Sequence record: LC680885.1
Length of the DNA: 64,000 bases
Strand: one strand, 5' to 3'
Shown here one piece after another: positions 19,069-30,056 of this stretch. The notes beneath the pieces were generated by a model. That model was not told the DNA's origin, made no database searches, and saw only the letters and a list, made by a program, of their open reading frames with translations. A program made the translations under genes and the position numbers. The stretch's first letter is position 1, and each line of letters opens with the position of its first letter.

Positions 19069-19386
19069 ATGTTTTCAATAACTATAATATTAATGATAGC
19101 ACTATTAGTAGTGCTATCATGTTATACTCATAAATTAAATAAAGAGAATAAAGATGTAGATTTAACCGAAAATATGCCTAGATATGCTATGGCAAACAGA
19201 AATGCTAAATTAATCTATATTAAAGCAGATTCTAAAAGTTATTTAAACTATCAGATTAACGAATTCAAAAATAATAAAAGATTCAAAGATTATGGTTACG
19301 AAATTGATAAAGTTGATTGGAATGGAAATATTGTTCATGAGAGTAGAGATAGTGACCTCAAATTGATTAAAGATCGGAGAAGATGA
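19069..19386 (+). CDS. membrane-anchored hypothetical protein
   Basis: N-terminal hydrophobic helix. Confidence 0.6.
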   Translation: MFSITIILMIALLVVLSCYTHKLNKENKDVDLTENMPRYAMANRNAKLIYIKADSKSYLNYQINEFKNNKRFKDYGYEIDKVDWNGNIVHESRDSDLKLIKDRRR

Positions 19387-19931
19387 TTATGGCCTTAATG
19401 GTAATCACATTGACGCTCATTATAATTGTGCTTATTGCAATTATTCTTTTTCAAGCTAGTCAAATAAAAAATATTAATAAAAATAATGATAGATATTTTG
19501 ACGAAAACGAGTTTTATAATAGTCAAGATATTTTTGGATTTAACAAAAAAGGAATTATGGGTTTTTTAAATATGTCTTTTGCATTGGTTTCAGAATATGA
19601 TAAAGAAGAAAGATTGTATGCGGGTCATTACTTGTTAAAAAATATGAATGCGAAATTCTTGATATTTGATTCTAATCATGTAATATATAAAGAAGTAACT
19701 TCAAAAGAACTACTGTTAGAAAAAGATAAAAGAGAATATCTTTTTTCAAAACAAATAGAAAGACCTAAATTTTATGATCATTGGTCTAATTTAATTCAAA
19801 CTAATAAAAAACTTAACGCTAAGAACTTGAAAAAATTAACGAATGAATACGACAATATTCTAAAACAAAAATTTGACCTAGAACAAATTAATGAATTTAA
19901 AGATTATATGGAAGGAAGAATTACTTTATGA
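19383..19931 (+). CDS. membrane-anchored protein of the HWxNxIxTN family
   Basis: EERLYAGHYLL, HWSNLIQTN. Confidence 0.65.
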   Translation: MIMALMVITLTLIIIVLIAIILFQASQIKNINKNNDRYFDENEFYNSQDIFGFNKKGIMGFLNMSFALVSEYDKEERLYAGHYLLKNMNAKFLIFDSNHVIYKEVTSKELLLEKDKREYLFSKQIERPKFYDHWSNLIQTNKKLNAKNLKKLTNEYDNILKQKFDLEQINEFKDYMEGRITL

Positions 19932-20068
19932 CAGTATTAATAATATTATCCATAATGACTTTTTTAGTTGTAGCATTTGGCATTATTGAGAAAGATGTTG
20001 ATATCCTTGCAACTGGAGCTTTAATTGCATGTTTGGCATTGTTTTACGTAGCTTTTGGGATAATCTAA
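19928..20068 (+). CDS. small two-TM protein (46 aa; not in ORF track)
   Basis: ATGA overlap with the previous stop; two hydrophobic helices. Confidence 0.55.
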   Translation: MTVLIILSIMTFLVVAFGIIEKDVDILATGALIACLALFYVAFGII

Positions 20069-20098
20069 AAAGAAAATAAAAAGATCGGAGAAATAATT

Positions 20099-20272
20099 AT
20101 GATTATAGCACCTATTTTATTGATAATATCTGTTTTTTTAATAATAGCTTCATTAATATCTTTTGTTATAACAGTTATAAATTTTAATGAAGGAATAGTC
20201 TCTTTAATAATTGCAGTTGCAGGAGGCATATTTTTCTTATTATCTTGTGCATTTGGAATAATGGGTTTATAA
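20099..20272 (+). CDS. small two-TM protein (57 aa; not in ORF track)
   Basis: GGAG RBS; two hydrophobic helices. Confidence 0.6.
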   Translation: MIIAPILLIISVFLIIASLISFVITVINFNEGIVSLIIAVAGGIFFLLSCAFGIMGL

Positions 20273-20296
20273 AATTAAAGATCGGAGAAAATAATT

Positions 20297-20488
20297 ATGG
20301 GTACATTTTTGGGAATATCACTCTTAGTGGCTTTTGGATTAACTTTAATCTTCTTTTTATTAACAGCTATATTTGATGATGTTGAAACATTATTAATGAT
20401 AGATATTATCTTAGGTATAATAACTGTAGTACTATTTATAGCCTTAGGTATATTTGCTATACTTGACCAAAGTCAATTTTACTATTAA
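20297..20488 (+). CDS. small two-TM protein
   Basis: Same AAAGATCGGAGA leader as 20099. Confidence 0.65.
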   Translation: MGTFLGISLLVAFGLTLIFFLLTAIFDDVETLLMIDIILGIITVVLFIALGIFAILDQSQFYY

Positions 20489-20517
20489 GAATAAATATTA
20501 AGAGAGGATGATTAGAT

Positions 20518-20787
20518 GTGAATTTATTTAATTTATTTAAAAAAGAAGATAAAAGATTAGCATTAATAAGAAATAAATTTGATGAAGAAAAAATTACTGC
20601 AGTAATCAGAAAAGAAGGTAATAAAATTGAAGTGGAATATTTATTATTTAATGATGAAAATTGCATGATGAGACCTTCTTATTATTCTGAAGAAGATCGT
20701 TTAGAAGTAGAAAACAAAATAAAAGCTGTTATGGCATATTATGGTTATTTAGACAATGACTTTATTATGTATGCAGATGTAATTTAA
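20518..20787 (+). CDS. hypothetical protein
   Basis: GAGG RBS. Confidence 0.6.
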   Translation: MNLFNLFKKEDKRLALIRNKFDEEKITAVIRKEGNKIEVEYLLFNDENCMMRPSYYSEEDRLEVENKIKAVMAYYGYLDNDFIMYADVI

Positions 20788-20812
20788 TTATATTAAAAGA
20801 GGTGTTTAAGTA

Positions 20813-20896
20813 ATGATAACGACATACATTATATTTTCAATTTTAGTACTAGGATTAGTTAATATTATTTCATACAAAAAATCAAAAGCAAAATAA
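20813..20896 (+). CDS. 27-aa membrane peptide (not in ORF track)
   Basis: GAGGTG RBS; hydrophobic helix with basic tail. Confidence 0.4.
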   Translation: MITTYIIFSILVLGLVNIISYKKSKAK

Positions 20897-20906
20897 ATTA
20901 AAAATT

Positions 20907-20939
20907 GGAACTAACCTTTCTATATGAGAGGTTAGTTCC
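20907..20939 (+). terminator. intrinsic terminator-like hairpin
   Basis: GGAACTAACCTTTC/GAGAGGTTAGTTCC with a T-run downstream. Confidence 0.65.
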
Positions 20940-21017
20940 TCATATTTGATTTTTTTTAGAAATAATTGCGTTATTTATTATTTCAATTAATTTATTTAGA
21001 AGGAGAGATACATTATA

Positions 21018-21191
21018 TTGATAATTAAAATACTGTTTTTGATATTTTTAGTATTGGGCAATATTTTATTTTTAAATTCATTATTTACAATTATCTTTAA
21101 TGAGTTTGATACATATAAGAGAGAATTAATAATGAATCTTATATCACTGCTATCAATTTTTACTGCATTATGGTTATACTCATTAATTTAA
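21018..21191 (+). CDS. small two-TM protein (57 aa, TTG start; not in ORF track)
   Basis: AGGAG RBS; two hydrophobic helices. Confidence 0.45.
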   Translation: MIIKILFLIFLVLGNILFLNSLFTIIFNEFDTYKRELIMNLISLLSIFTALWLYSLI

Positions 21192-21304
21192 ATCAACTAG
21201 AAAAATTTTAATGTTTTTAAGGAAAATTTCTAGCTTTTTTATAAAAAATTTGTTATAATAAATAACGTTATAGTATTAAATAATTTTTGGAGAGTGAATG
21301 TTAA

Positions 21305-22606
21305 ATGTCAAAATTAACTAGCAAAATTAATGATTTGATTAAATCAAACCCATCAGTGTACGGTAAAGAAGATAATTACACGCCTATGTATGAATCAGGA
21401 GTTGACTTATTGGACTATAGAAATGGTTTCTTAAATACTGTTACAGATGATGAACGTATTGGATTAATGGGCGGTAAAGTAACTACATTTATTGGTGGAT
21501 CAGGTTCAGGTAAAACAACACTTGCTATTCAAGCAGCAGCAAAAATTGTTGAAAAATATGAGAACTCAAGTGTTATTCATTATGACTTTGAAGATGCAAC
21601 TACTGATGAACGTATTTATCAAGTAACAGGTTGGTCTAAAGAAATGAAACAAGAAAAATACACTAAATTAAATAAAAAGATTAGTTTAGATTCAGTAGAT
21701 CAATTAATTCGTGGTATCCGTGATACTAAATTAGAAAATGAAGAAGAATTCACTATCCATACAGACAAAATTGATCCAGAAACTGGAGAAAAAGTTTCAT
21801 TCATGGCTCCAACAGTAGTTATCATTGACTCTGTTGCTACAATGGCTTCTAAAGAAATTGATGATAAAGATGGTGAAGGTGGACAAATGAATGCCACTAA
21901 ACAAGCTAAAGATAATACAACATTCATTAAACGTATTATTGGTTCATCTACATTAAATTCAGCTAATATTATGCTTATTTTAATTAATCATATTACAACT
22001 AAAATTGATATCAATCCATATGCAGCTACACCTAAAGAATTAAACTATCTTAAACAAGGTGAAGCATTACCAGGTGGTAAAGCAATCAACTATATGGCGA
22101 ATAACATGTTTAAGATTAGTCCATCACAGGCTTTAGATCCAGAAGGAAATTCTAATCAAGCTAAATATGGAATTAAAGGTTTTATCAATACAGTTGAAGT
22201 TATTAAATCACGTTCAAATGCAGCTGGTGCTAAATTTGATTTAATCTTTGAACAAAAGAATGGCTTTAATAATGCTTTATCAAATCTATTGTTCTTACAA
22301 AGTGAAAAAATGCTTAAAGGTAATCCAAGAGCTTATCGTATTGATGGTTATGATGATGTTAGCTTTACACTTAAAACATTTATGGATAAATATGAGAGTA
22401 ATAAAGATTTTAAAGAATACTTTGATAACTATGTTAAAGGTATCTATAAAGAAAAATTCTTAGCTAATATTGAACATGAATCTAGTTTAGATAATGAAGA
22501 ATTAGAATTAGTTGAATTAGTTAATAAAGATGAAGATATTTGGTTAGGTTCAGACGGTAATTATTATGATTCTGATAAAAATGCTATAGAAGTATCTAAA
22601 GATTAA
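21305..22606 (+). CDS. recA: RecA/UvsX-family recombinase
   Basis: Walker A GGSGSGKTT, YDFEDA, Walker B VVIIDSVA, LINHI, PGGKAINY, IKSRS. Confidence 0.9.
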   Translation: MSKLTSKINDLIKSNPSVYGKEDNYTPMYESGVDLLDYRNGFLNTVTDDERIGLMGGKVTTFIGGSGSGKTTLAIQAAAKIVEKYENSSVIHYDFEDATTDERIYQVTGWSKEMKQEKYTKLNKKISLDSVDQLIRGIRDTKLENEEEFTIHTDKIDPETGEKVSFMAPTVVIIDSVATMASKEIDDKDGEGGQMNATKQAKDNTTFIKRIIGSSTLNSANIMLILINHITTKIDINPYAATPKELNYLKQGEALPGGKAINYMANNMFKISPSQALDPEGNSNQAKYGIKGFINTVEVIKSRSNAAGAKFDLIFEQKNGFNNALSNLLFLQSEKMLKGNPRAYRIDGYDDVSFTLKTFMDKYESNKDFKEYFDNYVKGIYKEKFLANIEHESSLDNEELELVELVNKDEDIWLGSDGNYYDSDKNAIEVSKD

Positions 22607-22680
22607 TTTTTAAAAGGGATAATTCCAATGAAGATAATATACTTCATTGGAACCCTTTAATTCAAATTTTGGTTCAAATA

Positions 22681-22695
22681 TATATTATAAGATTG
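22681..22695 (+). promoter_or_regulatory. putative early promoter TATATTAT-N5-TG
   Basis: Consensus; hairpin GTAGAATAT/ATATTCTAC starts at the final G. Confidence 0.75.
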
Positions 22696-22758
22696 TAGAA
22701 TATTAAGAGCATGATATTCTACAAATATATTCATTATTATAGGAGAGTGTATTAAGAT

Positions 22759-24900
22759 ATGACAAAAGACAAAACACAAAGAATGGTAGAAATTGAAGAT
22801 AAGCGAAGTCATGAGTTTTTATCAGAACCTCTATTAATGCCTAACGTTAATAGAACTAATGGTAACAGATCACAAATGTTTACATCTCACATTGGTCAAT
22901 GTATTCAATTAACTGGAGCTGAACCACCTTTAATTCAAACTGGTTTTGAAAATCAAGTAGGTAAATATTCAACTGGATACAAGAAAGCTAATAGAGATTT
23001 TGAAGTTATTTATAAATTTGAAAAGAATAAGTACGTTAATTACTATTTAATTAAGTACAAAGATAATGATGAATATGATGTAATTATTAGAGAAGAAGCT
23101 AATCACTTAGCTGAGAAGTTCGGAAATAAATATAATAATGATGAAATTGATAAACTAAAAGTTGGAGATACTGTTAGTAAAGAAACTGTATTATTTAAAG
23201 ATCAAAACTATGATGAAGATAATAATTTCCAATATGGTGCTAATGCAACTTCTGTATTCTTACCATTCAAAGGTATGACGAATGAGGACGGAATTGTAGT
23301 ATCAGAATCATTAGCAGAGAAAATGTCAAGTTATTTTGTAAATGTAATCAATATCACTATCAATACAAACGATATTCCTTTAAATTTATATGGAAATGAA
23401 GATGAGTATAAATCATTTCCAGATGTAGGTGAAGAAGTTCAAAATGGAGTATTGTGTGCAACTCGTAGATTGAATTACGATGAGATTATTCATAAATTTA
23501 AAAATGAAATGCTTACTAAAACATTAGAAGATGATAATGCTTATAAAGTTCACGGTAAAGTTATTGATATTGATGTACTTAATAATGAAGATATTGAAAA
23601 ATTAGAAAATCAAAAATATTCAGAGCAATTTGTCAAGTATATTAAAGAATTAAGACACTTTTATAAAACATTTGTAACTGTTACAGATGATATTGTACGT
23701 AAAAAGAAATTTAGTAATGACTTAATTAGAATTCATAATAAATTTAAAGGTTATATTGATGATAACGCTAAATTAGTTTATGACAATAATCAATTTGATA
23801 AAATTATCTTTAGAGTTAAAGTTTTAGAAAAGAAACCTTTAGTTCATGGATCGAAAATCACCACACGCTATGGGGGTAAAGGAGTCGTAGCTGAAATTGT
23901 ACCTGATGATCAAATGCCAATGATCACAGAGTTCGATGGAGAAGACTTCACTAAAGATTCTACTAAAACACCAATTAGTAAACGAGTAGATTTAATCCAT
24001 AATAATATGGGTATCATTAACCGTGGAAATCCATCAGCTTTAATTGAGTTAGAATTAAATCATGTATCAAATGTAATAAGACATCGTATAAGTAAATTAG
24101 ATGATGTTAATCAACAGAAAGAATATCTATTAGGATATATTAAAGATGTAGATAAAATTTCATACGATAATTATGTTAAATTATTTAATCAATTAGATTT
24201 ATCTGAAACTAAAGAAGCTATTAATGAAATTATTAAAGAAGGTATTGTATTACATCAAGCACCATTCTTTGGCAATATTGATTCAGAACAATTAAGATAC
24301 GTATTTAATAAATATAATATTAAGAAAAATAGATTAAATATAAGTAATAGAACATTCATGGTTGGAGATTTATATCACTTAAAACTTAAACATGAACCGT
24401 CTGGTAAATTAAGTGCAAAATCTCTTGACTTTAACAATTACAGTGGAATTCCTACTAGAACTCCAGATAGTAAAAAGTATCTATCAAGAATTAATAATAA
24501 TCCACTTAGAATTGGCGAGATGGAAACATCTAATATGATGATCGGTGGATCTATTAAAGCAATCAATCAATTAACGAATATGTATTCAAATAACCCAGAT
24601 ATGCGTAAACGTTTATTAGTTGAATTGTATACAGGTAATCCATTTAAGATCAATACAGAGAGTATACAAAAACGAACTCAAAATAATAATACTAAAGTAC
24701 TTAATGCTTACTTTAGTCCATTGAATGTTAGTATGACATTTGATGAACCTGAAGAAGATGAATTACTAGATATCATGGATTTAAATGAAGACCAATTAGA
24801 ATTCTTAATGGAAAAATACGAAAATTTAGATGATATCAATGATTTAACACCTCAAGAAATAAATGGTTTAGTTAAAGAAATTATTGAAGAAAGTAAATAA
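22759..24900 (+). CDS. rpoB: Non-virion RNA polymerase beta subunit, C-terminal half
   Basis: NRSQMFTSHIGQ, NEDGIVVS, GSKITTRYGGKGVV, NRGNP, KLKH, LRIGEME; preceded by an early promoter. Confidence 0.9.
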   Translation: MTKDKTQRMVEIEDKRSHEFLSEPLLMPNVNRTNGNRSQMFTSHIGQCIQLTGAEPPLIQTGFENQVGKYSTGYKKANRDFEVIYKFEKNKYVNYYLIKYKDNDEYDVIIREEANHLAEKFGNKYNNDEIDKLKVGDTVSKETVLFKDQNYDEDNNFQYGANATSVFLPFKGMTNEDGIVVSESLAEKMSSYFVNVINITINTNDIPLNLYGNEDEYKSFPDVGEEVQNGVLCATRRLNYDEIIHKFKNEMLTKTLEDDNAYKVHGKVIDIDVLNNEDIEKLENQKYSEQFVKYIKELRHFYKTFVTVTDDIVRKKKFSNDLIRIHNKFKGYIDDNAKLVYDNNQFDKIIFRVKVLEKKPLVHGSKITTRYGGKGVVAEIVPDDQMPMITEFDGEDFTKDSTKTPISKRVDLIHNNMGIINRGNPSALIELELNHVSNVIRHRISKLDDVNQQKEYLLGYIKDVDKISYDNYVKLFNQLDLSETKEAINEIIKEGIVLHQAPFFGNIDSEQLRYVFNKYNIKKNRLNISNRTFMVGDLYHLKLKHEPSGKLSAKSLDFNNYSGIPTRTPDSKKYLSRINNNPLRIGEMETSNMMIGGSIKAINQLTNMYSNNPDMRKRLLVELYTGNPFKINTESIQKRTQNNNTKVLNAYFSPLNVSMTFDEPEEDELLDIMDLNEDQLEFLMEKYENLDDINDLTPQEINGLVKEIIEESK

Positions 24901-24907
24901 ATAAATG

Positions 24908-24939
24908 GGAGTAATGATCATTATTTTGATCATTACTCC
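24908..24939 (+). terminator. intergenic hairpin (variant of the TAATG/CATTA family)
   Basis: GGAGTAATGATCA/TGATCATTACTCC, 13 bp. Confidence 0.6.
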
Positions 24940-24953
24940 TATATTTAAAGGAT

Positions 24954-25508
24954 GTGTTTAAAATTTATCCTGATTACGATGAATTTTTAAAGAAAGAGTT
25001 AGATCGCTTTGGAATTGATACAGATAGCATAGCTTATCATTCTGATCTTAATTACAATTATTGTAAAGAGAAATTAGAATCAATTGAAAAGGAAGATAAA
25101 GAAATGGAATTTAATTATTTGAATTTAGAAGATATATCTTTAAATAAAGAAGAGACAAGTGGAGTTATGACTATAAGAGAATTAGTAAATACTATTGATC
25201 ACTTGATATATACAGAAAATGAAGTTACACCTCTATACTACTTCTTTATGGATAAAATCGATTCACTTCCTATGATTAATATGATTACTTATAAAAAGGC
25301 AGCTAACACATTCTATGAAGAGTATAAAAGATATAACACTGGAAATCATTCAGCTTATATAAATATTAAAGGAGAATGGAAACAGTTATCATTTAATCAA
25401 TTTAAAGAATCTTTAAAAGAAGTTTTATTATCTTCACATAAAGAAAGCAATGTTGATAAATTATTTAAAGAGTTAAATAATTTAACTGTAAAAGATAATT
25501 TTTCATAA
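24954..25508 (+). CDS. hypothetical protein, partial C-terminal tag
   Basis: Ends LTVKDNFS. Confidence 0.6.
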   Translation: MFKIYPDYDEFLKKELDRFGIDTDSIAYHSDLNYNYCKEKLESIEKEDKEMEFNYLNLEDISLNKEETSGVMTIRELVNTIDHLIYTENEVTPLYYFFMDKIDSLPMINMITYKKAANTFYEEYKRYNTGNHSAYINIKGEWKQLSFNQFKESLKEVLLSSHKESNVDKLFKELNNLTVKDNFS

Positions 25509-25538
25509 TTATTCTTAGATCAAAATTAGTAATAAGTA

Positions 25539-25553
25539 TATATTATAAATATG
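25539..25553 (+). promoter_or_regulatory. putative early promoter TATATTAT-N5-TG
   Basis: Consensus; hairpin GAGACAATG/CATTGTCTC at the final G. Confidence 0.75.
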
Positions 25554-25617
25554 AGACAATGTTCATTAACTTGATCATTGTCTCATATATTGTTTTATTT
25601 TTTATAAAAATAAGGAG

Positions 25618-27507
25618 ATGAATTGGATAATGGAAAATAATACATTAAATTCGTATATAAAGGATAATTTTAAATATTTTAAAGATGATAAATTAGAAAT
25701 TGATAAAATATTTAAATTTAAAGATGATAAGACTAAAGAAAAATTTGAAATGTTTTTTAATGGAGTTATATATACATTGAAAAATTTAAGTTATAGTGAA
25801 GTATCTAAAATGTATAATGAAACAATTAAAGAGAAAAGTAATGTTCAAGGTAAAGCTGAAAGTTATATAAATTATTTAAATAATGAATTGAAAAATAGAG
25901 GACTAGATGAAGAAACTAAAAAACTTTATAAAGATTTATTAATGACTTTAAAAGCTGATTTGAAAAGATATAATGCTAATTTAGATGACAGCATTATAAA
26001 TAAATTATTCAAAAATAAGAATATATCAATATCTTATTATAGTTTAATAGTACCTTATAATATTGCTAACGAAATTGAATTTAATAAAAACTATTATAGT
26101 TTTCTTGGATTAGATGATTTCACTAAATTCATAATCTTTCCATATTATCAACTTCTATATTTATCTAAAGGTAATCTAAAAAATATTCATATAAAGAATA
26201 CAGACATAAATCTTCATAGTTACTTTATTGATATAATAAAGAAGTATATTAGAAATTTAATAGATAATAAAGATTTAGATACATTAAAAGAATTATTAGA
26301 CGTATTAACAAATGAGCACGAATATTTAAGATCTCTAAGACATACCGACTATAGAAAAGGTAATGGAAAAAATTTATTAGAGTTACTAATAGAAATGAAT
26401 TTTAATGAATTTAAGGAAATATTATATGAAATGATATATATTATAATGAATAATAACTTGAAAAAAGAATTAAAATCAGAAATGAATTATGATATATACA
26501 AGCATAGTATACTTTTAGTAAGTTTAATGAATAATGAGGTAGAAGAACATAGACAAACTAAATTTAATAGTAAATTTTTAATAGAGAGTAATAATACAAT
26601 TAGAGCAACTGCTATTTCAGATTCATACGGTAAAAATGAGTACTACCAAAATAACTTATTAGGTCACTATATTAATGATCTATATGTAGATAAAAATAAA
26701 ATAAATAAATTTAAAAGAGTTAATAAAGTTAGAAGTTTTAAATCTTTTATTTATTTAACTAACCAAAGATGTATTATCGGTGGTGAGAAATATTATAAAT
26801 ACTTGTATAAATATTTATTTGATCCAAGTAATTTAACTAGAGAAGAGTTTGAAGTATCTACATTATTAATTAAATTAATAACTTGTAAATCTAGTAATCA
26901 ATTAAAGAAAGTTATGGAAAATGCTAAAACTGACTCTGTATTAAATAATATTTTATTTGAAAATGAAATTAGTGATATAATTAAAATTGGTATACAGATG
27001 AATATTAATACTATATTCAATAAAAAAGGTTTAAGTAAAATTAATACAGTTGATTTAACTGTAGGAAATATTGTAAATCCTTTGTTATATAATAAAGCAA
27101 ATGATTATGAAGAACAAACAGAAATCATTGATTCAGTATTTAAAAATTTTACTTATGATATAGATATCAATTTTGATAAATATTATTATAAAGATTTAAA
27201 TGAATATTTTGAAAATAAATTAAATTTAGGTCTTCTAAAAGAATCAAATATAGATATTAGTATTAATATTAATTATAATAAAATTGCAAAAACTATTGTA
27301 AATAATATTAAAGATAAGCTTAGAGGAAAATATCATTTTGAAAGGAATGAATTTATTATTACTTACGATAAGATGAATATTACTCGTTTAACCACTACAG
27401 AATTTTGTAATGGTTTATGTGAATATTTAAGTAAATACTTCCCAGAAGAAGCTAAAAAGTTAAATAAGAGTTTTAGAGCTGAAATTGTAAATACAATGTT
27501 TAGATAA
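25618..27507 (+). CDS. large hypothetical protein
   Basis: 629-aa ORF, no recognisable motif (start probably the second Met). Confidence 0.65.
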   Translation: MNWIMENNTLNSYIKDNFKYFKDDKLEIDKIFKFKDDKTKEKFEMFFNGVIYTLKNLSYSEVSKMYNETIKEKSNVQGKAESYINYLNNELKNRGLDEETKKLYKDLLMTLKADLKRYNANLDDSIINKLFKNKNISISYYSLIVPYNIANEIEFNKNYYSFLGLDDFTKFIIFPYYQLLYLSKGNLKNIHIKNTDINLHSYFIDIIKKYIRNLIDNKDLDTLKELLDVLTNEHEYLRSLRHTDYRKGNGKNLLELLIEMNFNEFKEILYEMIYIIMNNNLKKELKSEMNYDIYKHSILLVSLMNNEVEEHRQTKFNSKFLIESNNTIRATAISDSYGKNEYYQNNLLGHYINDLYVDKNKINKFKRVNKVRSFKSFIYLTNQRCIIGGEKYYKYLYKYLFDPSNLTREEFEVSTLLIKLITCKSSNQLKKVMENAKTDSVLNNILFENEISDIIKIGIQMNINTIFNKKGLSKINTVDLTVGNIVNPLLYNKANDYEEQTEIIDSVFKNFTYDIDINFDKYYYKDLNEYFENKLNLGLLKESNIDISININYNKIAKTIVNNIKDKLRGKYHFERNEFIITYDKMNITRLTTTEFCNGLCEYLSKYFPEEAKKLNKSFRAEIVNTMFR

Positions 27508-27523
27508 AAAGGAGAAATTAAAG

Positions 27524-28078
27524 ATGGATGTTAAAAAAACGTTTAATGCAGATATTATGGAGACAGATAGAAGAATTTTCTATAACATTATTAACGTAGA
27601 AATGTCTCTTAGTGATAAAAGAAAAATGTATAATAAAGTCAATGATGAAAATGAGGTTTTAACATATGTATTTGATAGTTACACAGATTACGTATTGATG
27701 GAAAATGAAGGTATAATGACTATGGCAAAAGATTTAAATGATTTCATTAAACATTCTATTTTCGATTACCATTTTTCCTCTTTAATAAAACAATTTTTAC
27801 CTTCGACCAACTTCCGGAATTTTGGAGATTTTGTCCTTATGTTAGAAAGAGAATTATTTGCACCTAATCAAGAAACTTTAAGTCAATTCTCTTCAAAAGA
27901 TGATATAATTTATGTGTACTATAATACTACTCTAAATAAAATAATTATTGTTGATCACATTATGTACTTAAAAGCACTAATGGAGTACGTTAAAGAAGAA
28001 AAAGATTTCTATGAAGATTTATATATAGAATTTGAAAAAGAAGTTAAAAAATATTTAGTTGAAAATAACTTTAAATAG
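27524..28078 (+). CDS. hypothetical protein, partial C-terminal tag
   Basis: Ends KKYLVENNFK. Confidence 0.65.
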   Translation: MDVKKTFNADIMETDRRIFYNIINVEMSLSDKRKMYNKVNDENEVLTYVFDSYTDYVLMENEGIMTMAKDLNDFIKHSIFDYHFSSLIKQFLPSTNFRNFGDFVLMLERELFAPNQETLSQFSSKDDIIYVYYNTTLNKIIIVDHIMYLKALMEYVKEEKDFYEDLYIEFEKEVKKYLVENNFK

Positions 28079-28095
28079 AGGAGAGATAATATTTA

Positions 28096-28836
28096 ATGAA
28101 TGAATATGGTAAAATTAATAAAAAAGTTTTTAATATAGATCGTAGCAACTTTGAAGTAGTTTTAATGGACTACATGGATACTAAACAGATGAAAAATAAT
28201 TACAATAGAAATATAACCGATCAAGAAAAAATTGATCGGTTAATACCTTTAATTAAACAACAAGAAAATGAACAAGATGAGGGTAGAATATTTGAAAATG
28301 CTAGAAGATATGAACTTCTTTTAGCTAAAACATTTGAATACTCTCTTAATGGAAAATTAGAATTATACAAATTAAAAGAAGTATTAAATTATTACGAAGA
28401 AAAAAATCTTTTTAATATAGTATATCCAAATTTTAAATACACTTTTAATGTAGTTTCACCCAGTAAAGAGTATTCCTTATTGTCTTTAAAAACTAAAATA
28501 TTTTTAATTATAGAAACTATTATAGACTTTATTAAAAATGATTATGTAGAAGATAATCTTTCTATTAAGTTAATTTTAAATTCAGAAGAAATAATGATTG
28601 ATACACTTGATTTAAACGAAAAATCATTGTATAATATCTTTAATCTATCAAGTAAATATACAAATGAATTATTATCTTATAATGGAGATTATTTGTTCTC
28701 ACATGATCAAATAAAACGTATAGAAAATATAAATAATATTTTATTTAACGATATATACAAAGATAAAGATAAAGAAATTTTAGAATTTTTATCTAAGAAA
28801 GTAAAAAATAAATACATTTCAAAATATTTTAAATAA
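28096..28836 (+). CDS. hypothetical protein
   Basis: ORF with RBS. Confidence 0.65.
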   Translation: MNEYGKINKKVFNIDRSNFEVVLMDYMDTKQMKNNYNRNITDQEKIDRLIPLIKQQENEQDEGRIFENARRYELLLAKTFEYSLNGKLELYKLKEVLNYYEEKNLFNIVYPNFKYTFNVVSPSKEYSLLSLKTKIFLIIETIIDFIKNDYVEDNLSIKLILNSEEIMIDTLDLNEKSLYNIFNLSSKYTNELLSYNGDYLFSHDQIKRIENINNILFNDIYKDKDKEILEFLSKKVKNKYISKYFK

Positions 28837-28853
28837 ACAGGAGTGAATAGGAT

Positions 28854-30023
28854 ATGTCAAATTTAACTATGCAAGAAAAAGACTTAATTATGATTGAAAA
28901 TAAGTATAATAGATTTTTAGATAAAAAGGAAAAGATAATGAATAAAGAAACAGACTTTATTAAAATTGCATTTGAAGAATTAATGGACTTCATTGTACAT
29001 TTTGGTCATAATAAATTCTTTAAATCAGACACAATATTTTATAGATATTATGATGGAATGTTAGAGAATTATAAAATAGAATTAAATAAAATATCTAAAG
29101 TGGAAGATGATTTAGTACTAACGTATTTAAATAAAATTATTAATGATACTGATAAAGTTGAATTCTATAATAACATGAAGAAAATTTCAGAAAGTTATAG
29201 TAAAGAAAAATTAATCGTATCTATATCATATATAAAAGCTTTGGACTTCTATATACACATGATGCGAAATGAAGAATTAATGAGTGATATGGGATCTCTT
29301 ACAGTTCATCCTTACGATTTTAATAAACGATTAATAAGTGAATATAAAAAAGATAATATATTTTGGAAAAAACTAAGTGATGAAGAAAAGTCAAATGCAA
29401 TTCAAATGTCTAATATATATTTTGAAGGTATTGAAAATAAAGAAATTGGTAGATTTACCACTGAACATATAAACAGTGAAAAAGAAGGAACTGCATTTAA
29501 TTTTAATATAAATACATTTCATAAATTCTTTGATCAATTTGTATCTTTGGATATAGCTTATACGGATGGTTTAATATTTAATTTAATGATGAATAGTAAT
29601 ATCAATAAATATTATGAGAGATACTATAAAGAAATAGATCATGATATCTTCAATGCTAGTTATATTTCTGATAAATATGAATATGAAAACTTAGAAAAAG
29701 ATAAATTTTTAAAAACTTTAAATCGTATAGATATGTTTTATGATATAAATGTACCTTTATATATTTATAATAGTGAAGAACCATCAAATAAAAAATACTA
29801 TAATTATCTAACTGCTATGAAGTCTTTTGCTTTAAATGATTTGGTTAATCGTTATTATGATTCTTATGAATATATAGAATATTTTAGCGAAGTTAATGTC
29901 AATGATTCTTTCACGTTAGATATGTTAAGTGACGATGATGAAAGTGAATCAAATTATTTTGAAGAATTGTTTAAAAAAATAAAGAAAGAAAATGAAGAAA
30001 GACAATGGTTACAAGCTTTTTAA
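28854..30023 (+). CDS. hypothetical protein
   Basis: 389-aa ORF with RBS. Confidence 0.65.
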   Translation: MSNLTMQEKDLIMIENKYNRFLDKKEKIMNKETDFIKIAFEELMDFIVHFGHNKFFKSDTIFYRYYDGMLENYKIELNKISKVEDDLVLTYLNKIINDTDKVEFYNNMKKISESYSKEKLIVSISYIKALDFYIHMMRNEELMSDMGSLTVHPYDFNKRLISEYKKDNIFWKKLSDEEKSNAIQMSNIYFEGIENKEIGRFTTEHINSEKEGTAFNFNINTFHKFFDQFVSLDIAYTDGLIFNLMMNSNINKYYERYYKEIDHDIFNASYISDKYEYENLEKDKFLKTLNRIDMFYDINVPLYIYNSEEPSNKKYYNYLTAMKSFALNDLVNRYYDSYEYIEYFSEVNVNDSFTLDMLSDDDESESNYFEELFKKIKKENEERQWLQAF

Positions 30024-30056
30024 AAATGAATTAAAAAGATAGAGAGGAGAAAATTT

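Noticed and set aside
25618-27507. 629-aa ORF as the missing beta' C-terminal subunit
   Set aside because: Size fits, but no bridge-helix or trigger-loop motifs are visible
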